Origin: Macrostomum lignano
Taxonomy: Eukaryota
Assembly: GCA_002269645.1 (NCBI GenBank)
Contig: NIVC01000867.1
Coordinates: 186,001 to 250,000 of the forward strand
Direction of reading: 5' to 3'
DNA: 64,000 bases
The position numbers and the translations under genes were made by a program. Shown in pieces: positions 1 through 12,103 of the stretch; positions within the stretch are counted from its first letter, which is position 1; each line of letters opens with the position of its first letter. Under the pieces are notes generated by a model that did no database searches, was not told where the DNA came from, and saw only the letters and a list, made by a program, of their open reading frames with translations.

Positions 1-1060
1 CCTTGGCCTTGCGCACTTCAGATTTGAAATTGCGGGAGGCTTGCCGGAAAAGTTCCATGTCCTCCGGGTTTCCGGTCTTCATGGCACGGCGATGAAGGCT
101 TTTGGCCTTCCGCCTGAGTTTCCCCAGCTCCGGGTTCCACCACGGCGCCGAGGTCTTGCCTTTGTAGGCGCGAGCAGGACAAGCCGCTTCGTAGGCTTCA
201 ATAATGCAACCTGTCAGCGTCTCAGCCATATGATCCACATCCTCGCAGGTGTCAATCGGACGTAAGTCCGTGAGTTCCTGCAGGTGCAGATCAAGGGCAG
301 CCTTGTAGGCCGCCCAATCAGTGTTGCGGATATTGCGTCTCCAAGTGATCGGAGACTGGGTTTTAGTGTCCGCGATGTTAAAGGCGATAAAGCAGTGGTC
401 AGACAGGGAGGGCTCCTCAGACCAGACTCTCCACTCCTCAACTCTGTCAAAGAGTCTTGGGGTAACGAGTGTGGCGTCGAGGACCTCGGTCCATCTGCCA
501 TTATTAAAGGTAGGAGTGCTGCCGCGGTTGCAGAGCATGAGGTTTGTGTTAGAGATGAGGGCCAGAAGCTCCTCTCCTCTAGTGTTGGTATCTTTGCTGC
601 CCCAGTGCTTGTGATGCGCGTTGAGGTCGCCCCCTAAGCACAGCTCAGCGTTCTGGGACTCGCAGTACTGCGCAAGGCGCAGTAAACTCTCGGGTGCAGG
701 GTCTCTGTCGCCTGGGATATAAACCGAGGCAACAAGACACGTACGCGGAGAGAAATGATTAGATTGGATGACGCAAAGGTCTCCATCAGAGAGATCAGTC
801 CTCAGCCAAGCCTGGAGATGGCTAGCAGCGAGGATAGCCGCTCTAGGGCGGCTGTTCCCCGGGCCACACACATAAAAATCAGAGTAGCCAGAGGGAATGT
901 TGGACAACTTACCGTTGCGCATCCAGGGTTCCTGGATCAGGATGAGGCCTGGCCTGTACAGCTCAGCAATCTTCATCAGATTTACTGACGCAGATACGCA
1001 ATGCTGTAAATTAATTTGCAGACAGAATGTCGCTCCTTTGGCAGCGTGGAGCTTAGTCAT
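1..1060 (-). CDS. ORF2 N-terminus: apurinic/apyrimidinic-like endonuclease of a LINE (open at the window edge)
   Basis: Manual translation from ATG 1060: MTKLHAAKGATFCLQINLQHC...ILIQEPW...VASVYIP...LGGDLNAHHKHWGSKDTNTRGEELL...NRGSTPTF...EVLDATL...SDHCFIAF...APWW. The APE motifs are in order and I saw no stop down to position 1. Confidence 0.92.
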   Translation of the reverse strand, partial: MTKLHAAKGATFCLQINLQHCVSASVNLMKIAELYRPGLILIQEPWMRNGKLSNIPSGYSDFYVCGPGNSRPRAAILAASHLQAWLRTDLSDGDLCVIQSNHFSPRTCLVASVYIPGDRDPAPESLLRLAQYCESQNAELCLGGDLNAHHKHWGSKDTNTRGEELLALISNTNLMLCNRGSTPTFNNGRWTEVLDATLVTPRLFDRVEEWRVWSEEPSLSDHCFIAFNIADTKTQSPITWRRNIRNTDWAAYKAALDLHLQELTDLRPIDTCEDVDHMAETLTGCIIEAYEAACPARAYKGKTSAPWWNPELGKLRRKAKSLHRRAMKTGNPEDMELFRQASRNFKSEVRKAK

Positions 1061-1187
1061 ACTGTATTAAATGCAATTTCTGGCTAGAGCCCAGGGCCAT
1101 CAAGGAGACTTGGACAACAGATCGTCCTCGTCCCAGGCCGCTGGGGCTTGACTGGGAGATGGGAGTTGGTCGACGTCCATGGCCTCC

Positions 1188-2609
1188 TCACCCCCACCGG
1201 CCCCCCCCCCCAGCAGAGTCCTCAGGCTCCGATAACAGGATAGAGGAAGCTTCCTCACCTGCATCTTTACCTTCAGACCCCACCAGGGTGGCCGAGGAGA
1301 GCTCGGATTCCGAAGACCCGGCCTCGTCCTCAACTCCTTCTCCGACTGGCAGGTTTGGTTCCCGGGGCTTGGCCGGAGCCGTTACCGCGGTCGCCGAACT
1401 GCTGCTAGCAGAGGGGCGAGATGCAGCTTTGGCTTTGGGATCGGCTTGCGCCTTTCCTTGGGCCTTAGACTGCGCCCCGCTCTTGCCGGAGATGCCGGGG
1501 TTGGCAGTAGCCTTCCCTTTGGCAGACTTTCCTCGGCGCATCTTGAGCTTGAGGGCACCCAGCTGGAAAGAGGATCCATTAGGGTACCGACTCGCCCAAG
1601 TGCTGGAAAGGCCGAGGACAATTGAGTTGCCCGTCTCCCCCCTGCGGACTTTACGGTGATACACCAGTCCACTAGCAGGGAGGTCGGGGTTCAGACGCAG
1701 TAGGACCCGGCGAATAACGTCTGGTCCAGCTGCGGTGCTCTTAGCAGGGACGAAAACCACATAGGGTATCGTCTTTGGACGCTGGCCCTCGCGAAGAAAA
1801 AGAGCTCCGCCAAGGTCAGCATCCAAGGAGACCGTCGGTAGCCGCTGGAGCAGCTGCCGAGCGTCCTCCTCGCTGCTAGGAGCAATAAGAACGAATGTGC
1901 TTCGCAGCACCATCCGCTCAATGCCGATGGAGATTCCCTCCTCGACAGTCAGCTCAATCAGATAGGAGTCAACAGCACTCCACACTTTTTGAAGCTGATC
2001 AGTGGTCCAGTCCTGGTCGCGACCTTGGATGATCACTCCCGGGATTTTGGCCTTGGCCTTCGCCGCAAAGGTAGCTCCCGAAGGAACCTCCTTGTTGGCA
2101 GTGGCCATTTGTTGCGCCGTGGTTTCGGCCTCAGCAGCCGCGGCAGCAGCTCCAGGGAGCGCCGCCGCTGAACTACTGGAGCTTCCACCGGCCGGCCCGC
2201 CTGGTTGCCTTGGGACTCCAGTCGCTTCAGCATCCATGGTGGACGCCGCCGCTTTGGCCCCCGCAGCTCCCTTCTTGGCTTGCCTTTTGGCGCGTTGTTT
2301 AGCGCGTTTGCGCTCAAGCCGAGCCCGCTGAGCTTCATCGGATCTGCCAGATTTGGCCGGTCCTTTAGGCTCAGAGCTCGCGGCTCTTTTAGATCCACCA
2401 GCGGAGCTGGCAGGTCCTTGGGTATTTTGAGTTTGGTAGCTCTGGTCGGATCTGCCAGCAGAGCCAGCCGGTCCTTCCTTTGCCACAGTTGAATCAGTCG
2501 GTTGGGATCTGCCAGCAGGGCCAGCCGGTCCTTCGGACTGAGGTTGGGGTTTAGAAGGGTCCCTGTCCCTAGAGTTAGCTTGATTATCCATAGACGGCTC
2601 GAAGGCCAT
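1188..2609 (-). CDS. LINE ORF1 (gag-like nucleic-acid-binding protein)
   Basis: Track ORF 1188..2666; first ATG at 2609 (MAFEPSMDNQ). It has a basic RARLERKRAKQRAKRQAKK stretch and a LLRLNPDLP segment reminiscent of DUF4780-type LINE ORF1s. The true C-terminus is probably at 1100, via a frameshift in the C-run at 1201-1211. Confidence 0.75.
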   Translation of the reverse strand: MAFEPSMDNQANSRDRDPSKPQPQSEGPAGPAGRSQPTDSTVAKEGPAGSAGRSDQSYQTQNTQGPASSAGGSKRAASSEPKGPAKSGRSDEAQRARLERKRAKQRAKRQAKKGAAGAKAAASTMDAEATGVPRQPGGPAGGSSSSSAAALPGAAAAAAEAETTAQQMATANKEVPSGATFAAKAKAKIPGVIIQGRDQDWTTDQLQKVWSAVDSYLIELTVEEGISIGIERMVLRSTFVLIAPSSEEDARQLLQRLPTVSLDADLGGALFLREGQRPKTIPYVVFVPAKSTAAGPDVIRRVLLRLNPDLPASGLVYHRKVRRGETGNSIVLGLSSTWASRYPNGSSFQLGALKLKMRRGKSAKGKATANPGISGKSGAQSKAQGKAQADPKAKAASRPSASSSSATAVTAPAKPREPNLPVGEGVEDEAGSSESELSSATLVGSEGKDAGEEASSILLSEPEDSAGGGGRWG

Positions 2610-3069
2610 GATAAAAGGTTGGTGGGCTACCCTCAAAGGGGCGCGGTACCCACCCGGCCGCTCCACCTGACCGGGCAGTAGGCCAATAGCACCCTCAAGG
2701 CTGGCCCGACACCAGGAGGGGGACCGCTTGCGACCGGACTACTCCCCGGCCTTCCAGCCCATCGGCACGGTCAACACCTTAGGCATTAGAGAGTACGTTG
2801 AGCAGTACCACGGCCTGCAGGTTGGCGAGCCAGACCCGCATACCCAAATTCGGCCGAAGCCACTGGATAGGGTCGCCAGCGCCGAAGCCCAGTCTGTCCA
2901 GCAGCCCACAGATGTCAAAGCTTAAGGAAAATTTATGAGACGTCAAGTCTTGGCGGGGGAATTCCTGAAATTTCAAGTCTTGAGAGCAAATTGCTGAGAT
3001 GTCAAAGCTTAAGAGAGAATTACTGAGGTCTCAAGGCTTGGGGGGAATTGTTGAGATGACAAGTCTTGG

Positions 3070-5260
3070 GGGGGATTCTATGGATTGGGGATTCGTTCCA
3101 TGAGGGCTGCTTCTAATGGATATCTTTAGATAGGTGATTCATTGGGAAATTCCTTCGATGGGGATTCTTCTTTCGATGGAGGGCTCTTTGAATGTCGGAT
3201 TGATGGGGTAATATTTGGATGGGAGATTCTTTGGATTTTTTGGATGGAGATTATTTGGAGTCTGATTCTTTGGATTATTTGGACGGGGTTCTTTAGATGA
3301 GGGGACTCTTTGGCCAATGATTCTTTTGATGGAGGTTTATTTGGATGAGTGAATCTTTGCATTATTTTGATCGGGATTCTGTGGATGGGGATTATTTGGA
3401 TTGGGATTCTTTGGGGGGGGATTTTTTGGATATGGATGGAGGTCGGGGATTCTTTGGATATGGATGGATGGGGTGATTCTTTGTATAGGGATGGATAGGG
3501 GGATTCTTTGGATAGGGATGGATGGGGGGATTCTTTTGAATGGGATGGATGGGGGATTCTTTGGATAGGGATGGATGGGGGGATTCTTTGGATAGGGATG
3601 GATGGGGGGATTCTTTGGATAGGGGATTCTGTCGATGGGGGATTCATTGGAAGGGGAATTCTTCGGATCGGGGATTCTATCGATGGGGGTTCTTTGGATG
3701 GGGATTCTCTGCATGTAAGATTCTATGGATGGGCAATTCTTCAGATAGGAGGATTCATTGAAGGGGGAATTCTTCGGATCGGTGATTCTATCGATGGGAG
3801 GTTTTTGAATGGCGGGATTCTTTGCATGTGAGATTCTTTGTATCGTGGATTCTATGGGTGGTGGATTCTTTGGAAGGGGGGATTCTTTAAATTTGAGATT
3901 CAGTTGGGTGAAATTTTATTGCGTGGAAAAACTGTGGTTGGAGTTTGGAAGAATAGCCCCAACGGGGGTTGGAATTGGCTAGCTGAGGAAATTGTTTCAC
4001 TAATCTTGGTGGGAGTACTTTCTATCAGGGGATGCTTGCTATCGGAAGGACGCTTGCTCTTGGGGGGGATGCTTGCTCGGAAGAGAATTCTAAGATGTCA
4101 AGATTTACAGGAGGAATTATTGAAATACATGTATAAAATCTTACCTAGGGGAATTAATGAGATGTGAAGGCTTAAGAGGGACTTGCTGAGATGCAAGGCT
4201 TGTGGGGGGGGATCGCTGAGATGTCAAGGCTTAAGGGGAAATTTATAAGATTCAAGTCTTGGGGAGGGGAATAGCTGAGATTTCAAGGCTTAATGGGGAA
4301 CTGCTGAGATGTCAAGGCTTTGGACGGGGAGAAATTGCTAAGAGGTCTAGACTTACAAGGGGAGTTACTGAGATATAAAGGCTTACTCAGGGAATAACTG
4401 TGATATAGAGGCTTACTTGTAGGACTGCTGAGATGTCAAGGCTTCGGACGGGGAGAAATTGGTAGGATGTCAAGGCTTGGGGGAATTTTCTGAGGTGTCG
4501 AGGCTTGGGGGAATTGCTGAGATGTTAATTCTTGGGGGGAATTCTATGGATTGATGATTCTTTAGATGAGGGATGCTTTTAATAGATATCTTTGGATAGG
4601 TGATTCATAAGGGAATTCTTTTGATGGGGCATTGTTTCGATGGAGGGTTTTTCGAATGGTTGATTCTTTAGATGAAGGATTCGTTAGATGGGGGTTATTT
4701 GGACGGGGGTTCTTTAGATGAGGGGATTCTTTGACCAAGAATTCTATTAATAGGGGGATTATTTGGATGGGAGATTCTTTGGATACTTTGGATTGGGATT
4801 ATTCGGACGGGGTCCTTTAGATGAGGGAATTATTTGGCCAGTTATTTCTTTGATGGGGGATTATTTAGATGGGAGATCTATGGATTATTTAGATGGGGAT
4901 TATGATGTGAATTATTTGGATGGAGATTCATTGGGGGGATTCTTTGGGTATGGATGGATGGGGATTCTTTAGGTAGGAATGGATGGGGAAATTCTTTGGA
5001 TAGGGATGGATGGGGGGGATTCTTTGGATAGGAATGGATGGAGGATTCTTTATATTTGGATTCTGTGGATGAAGGATCCTTTAGATGGGGATTCTGTGGA
5101 TGAGGGATTCTTTGGATGGAGATTCTTTAGATAGGGGCTTCTGTAGATCGGGGATTTCTTGAGTAGGGGATTCATTGAATGGGGAATTCTTCGAATCGGT
5201 GATTCTATCGATGGGGGTTCTTTGGATGGGGGATTCTTTGCATCGGGGATTTTGTGGATG
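3070..5260 (+). repeat. Degenerate GGGGATTCTTTGGAT minisatellite, interleaved with GCTGAGATGTCAAGGCTT repeats at about 4090-4540
   Basis: Directly visible short tandem units; they explain the low-complexity ORFs (PIQRIP etc.). Confidence 0.9.
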
Positions 5261-6599
5261 GGGAAAGCTGTGGTTGGAGTTTCGACGGAAAGCCCCAACG
5301 GGGGTTGGAATTGGCTAGTCCAATATACTAAAAATCAAAACTATGTACCTACCTATCTATAGGAACCTTAGTTTAACTTGACTCTGCGTGGTCCGAATTT
5401 CGCGGGGTTTTCTGCATTCGATGCGTATTGATGGTGCGCTGGTACACAAAATTTTGCTAAGAAATTGCTTCATTTTTTAGGGATTAAATGTTCGAAAAAC
5501 TCGATTTTTGCCCCGTTTTTTAAAGTTCAAACAGTTTTTTTCTGATTGAGAAGCATTCTGACTGCCGATGGAATTGTATTGCATCATAACTCAGTGCCAA
5601 CTATAGCATTGGTTCTCTACACTGGCGTAGAGAGCTATAAGCGTTGAAAGGTTGCGCAACACCTTTTAGTTATTGAATTGAGGGGCGGGTATTGCCATTC
5701 AATGAGTCCCGGGCATTGGCTTGGTTGTGAATTTCAATGCATCAACTGCAGGCCTCTCACTGTAGCTGGCGCTGAATGTACACCTTATGAATTTGACTGC
5801 TTTAAAGCAGGAATGTCCAACCGTTGTTTGTGCTTCGAGTTTTTCACTTTCAGAAGAGAACCTTGTATTGCTGGAAAGAGCTAGAAACGCTGAGTTCGAG
5901 AATATAATCTGTTTGCTGAGATTTGAAAAATTAAGAGCACAGCATAAAAAAGAAATTTCTATACTTTTTACTCTATATTCTCATTGTACGCTCTCTCATA
6001 TCGCAAACCCCTATTTATCGCAACTCCAGAATTCAAGCCAGCGCCATTAGATTTAAATTTAGATTGCGTAACCATATTGTTGCCTTTAATTGTTGACTTT
6101 ATTAATTGAAACTGATATTGACTGCCTGAGAAATTGATTACGTCGTAACTGCTTCGAGTGATTTCTACTCTATGCTGGGAGTTTTCAAAGTGTTGAAATA
6201 TATAAGTGCTACAATTCATGTTATCAAAACGATGAGAGCTAGCCTAGAACTAAACAGACTGATCTGCTAATGCAGCGACGTGGGTTCGAATTTTTAGAGT
6301 GTTGAAGTTTTTTATTAAAAAAATTAATTTCAAGAAAGCTAAAGGAACCTTAAAAATGTCAAGTAAATCAGGTAAAAGAGAAGAAGCTACGAGCGTTCAT
6401 GTAGTATAATCAAAAATTTTATTCAACTTTAAATTTTGAAAAGTTTTAAAAAGGACTATTCCAATAGATAAGACATTAATTATTGTAATAGCTGACGAAA
6501 TTGTTTCACAATCTTGCTGGGGGTACTTTCTATCAGGGGATGCTTGCTATCGGAAGGACGCTTGCTTTTGGGAATGCTTGCTCGGGGAGATTGCTAACT

Positions 6600-7815
6600 G
6601 GGGGAATCACTGAGATGTCAAGGCTTGGTGGGGAAATTCCTGAGATGTCAAGTCTTAGAGGGGGGAGGGAATTGCTGAGATGTCAAGGCTTAGAGGGGGT
6701 AGGGAATTGCTGAGATGTCAAGGCTTAGAGGGGGGAGGGAATTGCTGAGATGTCAAGGCTTAGAGGGGGGAGGGAATTGCTGAGATGTCAAGGCTTAGAG
6801 GGAGGAGGGAATTGCTGAGATGTCAAGGCTTGGTGGGGAAATTCCTGAGATGTCAAGTCTTAGAGGGAGGAGGGAATTGCTGAGATGTCAAGGCTTAGAG
6901 GGGGGAGGGAATTGCTGAGATGGCAAGGCTTAGAGGGGGGAGGGAATTGCTGAGATGGCAAGGCTTAGAGGGGGGAGGGAATTGCTGAGATGGCAAGGCT
7001 TAGAGGGGGGAGGAAATTGCTGAGATGTCAAGGCTTAGAGGGAGGAGGGAATTGCTGAGATGTCAAGGCTTAGAGGGGGGAGGGAATTGCTGAGATGTCA
7101 AGGCTTAGAGGGGGGAGGGAATTGCTGAGATGTCAATGCTTAACAGGGACTTGCTGAGATATCAAGGCTTGGTGGGGAAATTCCTGAGATGTCAAGTCTT
7201 GGTGGGGAAATTCCTGAGATGTCAAGTCTTGGGGGGGGGGAGAATTGCTGAGATGCCAAGGCTTAAGAGGGACTTGCTGAGATGCCAAGGCTTAAGAGGG
7301 ACTTGCTGAGATGCCAAGGCTTAAGAGGGACTTGCTGAGATGCCAAGGCTTAAGAGGGACTTGCTGAGATGCCAAGGCTTAAGAGGGACTTGCTGAGATG
7401 CCAAGGCTTAAGAGGGACTTGCTGAGATGCCAAGGCTTGGTGGGGAAATTCCTGAGATGTCAAGTCTTAGGGGGGGGAATTGCTGAGATGTCAAATGCTT
7501 AGAGGCACTTGCCGAGATGTCAAGACGTAAGACGGAATTGCTGAGATTTCAAGGCTGGGGGGGGGAATTACTGAGATGCCAAGGCTTGAGGGCGAATTGC
7601 TGAGATGTGAAGGCTTGGGGGAATTTCCGAGATGTCAATGCTTGGTGGGGAAATTCCTGAGATGTCAAGTCTTAGAAGGGGAAATCTGTGAGATATCAAG
7701 TCTAAGGGGGGAATTGCTGAGATGTGAAGGCTTGGGGGAATTTCTGAGATGTCAAAATCTTAGGGAAGGGAATTGCAGAGATTTCAAGTCCTGAGGGCGA
7801 ATTGCTGAGATTTCA
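6600..7815 (+). repeat. About 24-32 bp GC-rich minisatellite (GAATTGCTGAGATGTCAAGGCTTAGAGGGGGGAGG)
   Basis: Dozens of near-identical tandem copies. Confidence 0.95.
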
Positions 7816-7819
7816 TGTC

Positions 7820-9760
7820 TTTGGGGGGAATTCTATGGATTGGGGATTCTTTGAATGAGGGAGGGTGCTTCTAATATATATCTTTGGATAGTGATTCATT
7901 GGGGAATTCCTTCGTTGGGGGATTACTATTTCGATGAAGGGTTCTTTGAATGGGGGATTCTTTAGATGAAGGCTTCTTTCTATAGAGTGATCCTTTGGAT
8001 ATGAGATTATTTGGGGGGGATTCTTTATGAGGGGATTCTTTGGATGGGGAGTATTTCGACGGTGGTTCTTTAGATGAGGGGATTCTTTGGCCAAGGATTC
8101 TTTTGATGGGGGGATTATTTGAATGGGAGATTCTTAAGAGGGGGATTCTTTGGATAGGGGTGGATGGGGATTCTTTGGATAGGGATGGATGGGGGGTTCT
8201 TTGGATAGGGATGGATCTGGGGTTCTTTGGATAGGGATGGATGGGGGGTTCTTTGGATGAGGGATTCTTTGAACGGAGATTCTGTGGAGGTCAAGGCTTA
8301 GGGGGGGGGAATTGCTGAGATGTCAACGCTTTTGACTGGGAGAAATTGCTAAGATGTCAAGATTTACTGGGGGGAATTACTGATATATAAAGACTTACTG
8401 GGTGAATTACTGAGATTTCATTGCTTAATGGGAAATTCCTTAGATGTCAAGTCTTACAGAGGGGAATTGCTGAGATGGCAAGACTTACTTCGGAAATTAC
8501 TGAGATATAAAGGCTTACTGGGGGAATTTCTGAGATGTCAAGGCGTGGGGGGAATTTCTGAGATGTCAAGACTTGAGACGGGGAGAAATTGCTAAGATGT
8601 CAAGTCTTAGGAGGGGGGGGGGAATTACTGAGATGTCAAGGCTTAAGGGTAATTTTTGAGATGTCGAGTCTTGGGGAGGGGAATTACTGAGATTTCAAGG
8701 CTTGGTAAGAATGATTCATTGGGAACTTCTTTCGATGGGGGATTCTTTCGATGAAGGGTTCTTCCGATAAAGGGATCTTTTGGATTGGATTGGATTGGAT
8801 TTGGATTGTTTGGGCGGAGATTATTTGCATGAGGGGATTCTTTAGATGGGGGTTATTTGGATGGGTGTTCTGTAGATGAGGGGATTCTTTGGCCAAGGAT
8901 TCTATTTGGATGGGAGATTCTTTGGATTCTTTGGATGGGGGGTTCTTTGGATTCTTTGGATGGGGTTTCTGTTAATGGGGATTATTTGGATGTGGATTCT
9001 TTAGAGGGGGTTTTCTGGAGGGGGATTCTTTGGATTCTTTGGATTGGGATTATTTGGACGGGGGTTCTTTAGATGAGGGGATTATTTTGTCAATGATTTT
9101 TTAGATAAGGGATAATTTGGATTTGAGAATCTTTGGATTATTTAGATGGGGATTTTGTGGATGGGGATTATTTGGATGTCGATTATTTAGATGGGGATTC
9201 TTTGGATATGGATGAATTGGGGGATTCTTTAGATAGGAATGGATGCCGGGTTTTTCTGGATAGGGATGGATAGGAGGATTCTTTAGATAGGGATGGATGG
9301 GGGATTCTTTAGATAGGGATGGATTTGGGATTCTTTGGATATGGATGGATGGGGGGATTCTTTGGATAGGGATGGATTTGAGATTCTTTGGATGGGGATT
9401 CTGTGTATGGCGGATTCCTTGGATAGGATATTCATTGGATGGGGATTCTTCGAATCAGGATTCTATCAATGGGGGGTTCTTTGAATAGAGGATTCTTTGG
9501 ATATAGGATTCTTTGCATGTGAGATTCTATGGATGGGCGATTCATTGGATGGGGAATTATTCAGATAGGAGGATTCCTTTAGTGGGGAATTGTGTGGATT
9601 GTGTGGAGTGGGGAATTGAGTGGATTCTATCGATGGAGGTTCTTTAGATGGCGGATTCTTTGGATAGGGAATTCTTTGCATGTGAGATTCTTTGCATCAG
9701 AGATTTTATAGATGGGGGATTTTTTGGATGAGGGATTCTTTGGATGTGGGATTCAGTGGG
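7820..9760 (+). repeat. Mixed GGGGATTCTTTGGAT / GCTGAGATGTCAAG degenerate tandem repeats
   Basis: Same units and the same block order as 3070-5260. Confidence 0.85.
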
Positions 9761-10419
9761 GTGAAATTTTATTGCGTGGGAAAACTGTGATTGGAGTTTG
9801 GACGGAAAGCCCCAACGGGGGTTGGAATTGGCTAGTGGGTATGTGATAGATTTCAGAAAAATTGGCTCAACCGATTTTCTTCAAACTTGCACCATTCGAT
9901 CAGAAATTTTCCTGGGACGGTACATGCATCTTGGCTAAGAAATTTCTCAATTTTAAAGGGATTAAATATTCGAAAAACATGCTTTTTTGCAAAGGTCAAG
10001 CAGCTCTTTCGACCTGGAATGCATTGTAAGAATGCTAGAGAAAAAACTGACTGGCTGAATTCCGATTGTGATAAAGATTGCATCACAACAATTTGAAAAC
10101 AGTGTCGAATAAATGCACACCCGACTTGATTAAAATTGCGTAACCATATTGCTAACTTAAATTGAGACTGATACTGGCTGACTGAGAAATTGATTATGTC
10201 ATAACTTTCTACTCCAATTGACTTGCTGTAAGAATTGAGTTATAAGGGCCACAATTCATGTTCTCCAATTGAAAAGAGATAGCCTAGATGCGAACAGACT
10301 GGGATGCTAATGTAGTGACCTGGGTTCGAATCTTAGTAGTGCAAAAAGATTTTTTTGCAAAAAGACATTAAAAACACAAAACTGCTAAACATAATAGAAG
10401 CACAATGTCAAAGATAGAA

Positions 10420-10925
10420 GAGCCACCATGTCGAACATTAAGAGCCACCATGTCGAACATTAAAGAGTCAACATGTCGAACATTAAAGAGCCACCATGTC
10501 AAGCATTAAAGAGCCACCATGTCAAGCATAAAAGAGCCACCATGTCAAACATTAAAGAGCCATCATGTCAAGCATAAAAGAGCCACCATGTCAAACATAA
10601 AAGAGCCATCATGTCAAACATTAAAGAGCCACCATGTCAAACATTAAAGAGCCACCATGTCAAACATAAAACGGCCACCATGTCAAACATAAAAGAGCCA
10701 CCATGTCAAACATATATGTGACTCCATGTCAAGCAGTAAAGAGCCACCATGTCAAGCATAAAAGAGCCACCATGTCGAACATAAAAGAACCACCATGTCA
10801 AACATAAAAGAGCCACTATGTCAAACAATAAACAGACACCATGTCAGACAATAAAAAACCCCGAATCAAACATAAAAGAGCCACCATGTAGAACATTAAA
10901 GAGCCACCATGTCAAACATAAAATT
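10420..10925 (+). repeat. 22-23 bp tandem repeat AAAGAGCCACCATGTCAAACAT
   Basis: About 22 tandem copies visible. Confidence 0.95.
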
Positions 10926-11034
10926 TACACAATTTCAAACGTAAAAGTAAGCGTCATGCTAATTTTAAAGGAGCCACTATAGAGCTAAGGAAATTGTAGC
11001 ACTAGCTACTTATTGTATGGTGGATGCTTACTAT

Positions 11035-11240
11035 TTTGGGATGCTTGCTATCTGGGGGATGCTTGCTATCCGGGAGGGGGATGCTTCCTATCTGGGGGAT
11101 GCTTGCTATCCGGGAGGGGGGATGCTTCCTATCTGGGGGATGCTTGCTATCTGGGGGATGCTTGCAATCTGGGGGATGCTTGCTATCTGGGGGATGCTTG
11201 CAATCTGGGGGATGCTTGCTATCTGGGGGATGCTTGCTGT
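11035..11240 (+). repeat. 18 bp tandem repeat CTGGGGGATGCTTGCTAT
   Basis: About 11 tandem copies. Confidence 0.95.
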
Positions 11241-12103
11241 CTTGGGATGATTTATTTTTGCATTACACTTTATTTGAGCAGTTTGTCTGTCGTCTTTGTG
11301 AAGGCTTTATTTGGCTGTCTTTTTGTTACGTGTAGAGAACAGAGATTCTATACAGATGTCCCCCAACGGGGGGCGAAGATTGCTAGTATATTTTAATGTT
11401 AAGAAGTTATCTAGTTCTTGTTTTACCTGCCTTTAGTCACTGAGGATTGAATGTGCTGCACATGAATTATTTTCTCACGGTTGCTTATTTAAGTGTATAA
11501 TTAATGATTAGTGTTTATGATTTATGAAGATCTTTGTTTCTGTGATAAAGCAAATTGCCAAGAAGATATGCTTTTACCCTAATAGTAGTATTCATAGTTC
11601 AAGCTTGAGAAATGTTAGCATTGGGACAGTCAAGGAGTTTTAAGGTTTCTGTTAAAGTACAGAGCAGTTTCAAACTTTCTTATTGTACCTTTTGGATTAT
11701 TGTACCTATTGTACCTTACAGAGTAGGATTAAAAAACAGCAAGAAACCACGTGACAGCAAGGTAAAATAAAGGATAAAAATAAAGCACAAAACATACAGT
11801 TGTAGAGGCCAAATGTAATTCACAAGTTTATAGCCGCATACTCGTGTCTAAGTTTTTTGATGCAAAAAGCAAAGTATACAAAGAATGTTTTGGTTGTACA
11901 CAGGCACAAAAAATTACAAAGGGCTAAAATTTCTAAAAGCAGAAGCTGATAGAAATTACTCAGAATCTCTGAGTTTACCCTATCTCTGTCTCCTTTTTGT
12001 TAACTCTCTCCAAAAAGTGCAAGTGCAATTTATTTTCATTTGGATGGTCTAATAGAATTTTTGGAGCCTTTCTCGAGATACAATAAAGAAAAAATATGAG
12101 TGC

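Larger units (their letters stand above)
1..2905 (-). mobile_element. APE-type non-LTR retrotransposon (Loa/I/R1-group-like), 5' portion: 5'UTR, ORF1 and start of ORF2; runs off the window
   Basis: Minus-strand ORF1 is followed by ORF2 with APE endonuclease motifs. It is homologous to the RT+RNase H element at 41032-44097 (KGKTSAPWWNPELGKLRRKAK vs KGKKSAPWWHPALGSLRRKAK). The 5' boundary is approximate, placed where GC-rich unique sequence meets the minisatellite. Confidence 0.9.
2910..11386 (+). mobile_element. Head-to-tail array of non-autonomous Helitron-like units carrying internal minisatellites
   Basis: The terminal motif CCCCAACGGGG hairpin + about 10 nt + CTAG recurs, ending at 3982, 5318, 9835 and 11386, and is followed by T in three of four cases. 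CTAG/TCCAATATACT junction at 5318/5319. Shared GCTGA(G/C)GAAATTGT...GGATGCTTGCT block at about 3982, 6491 and 10984. No RepHel ORF. Confidence 0.6.
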
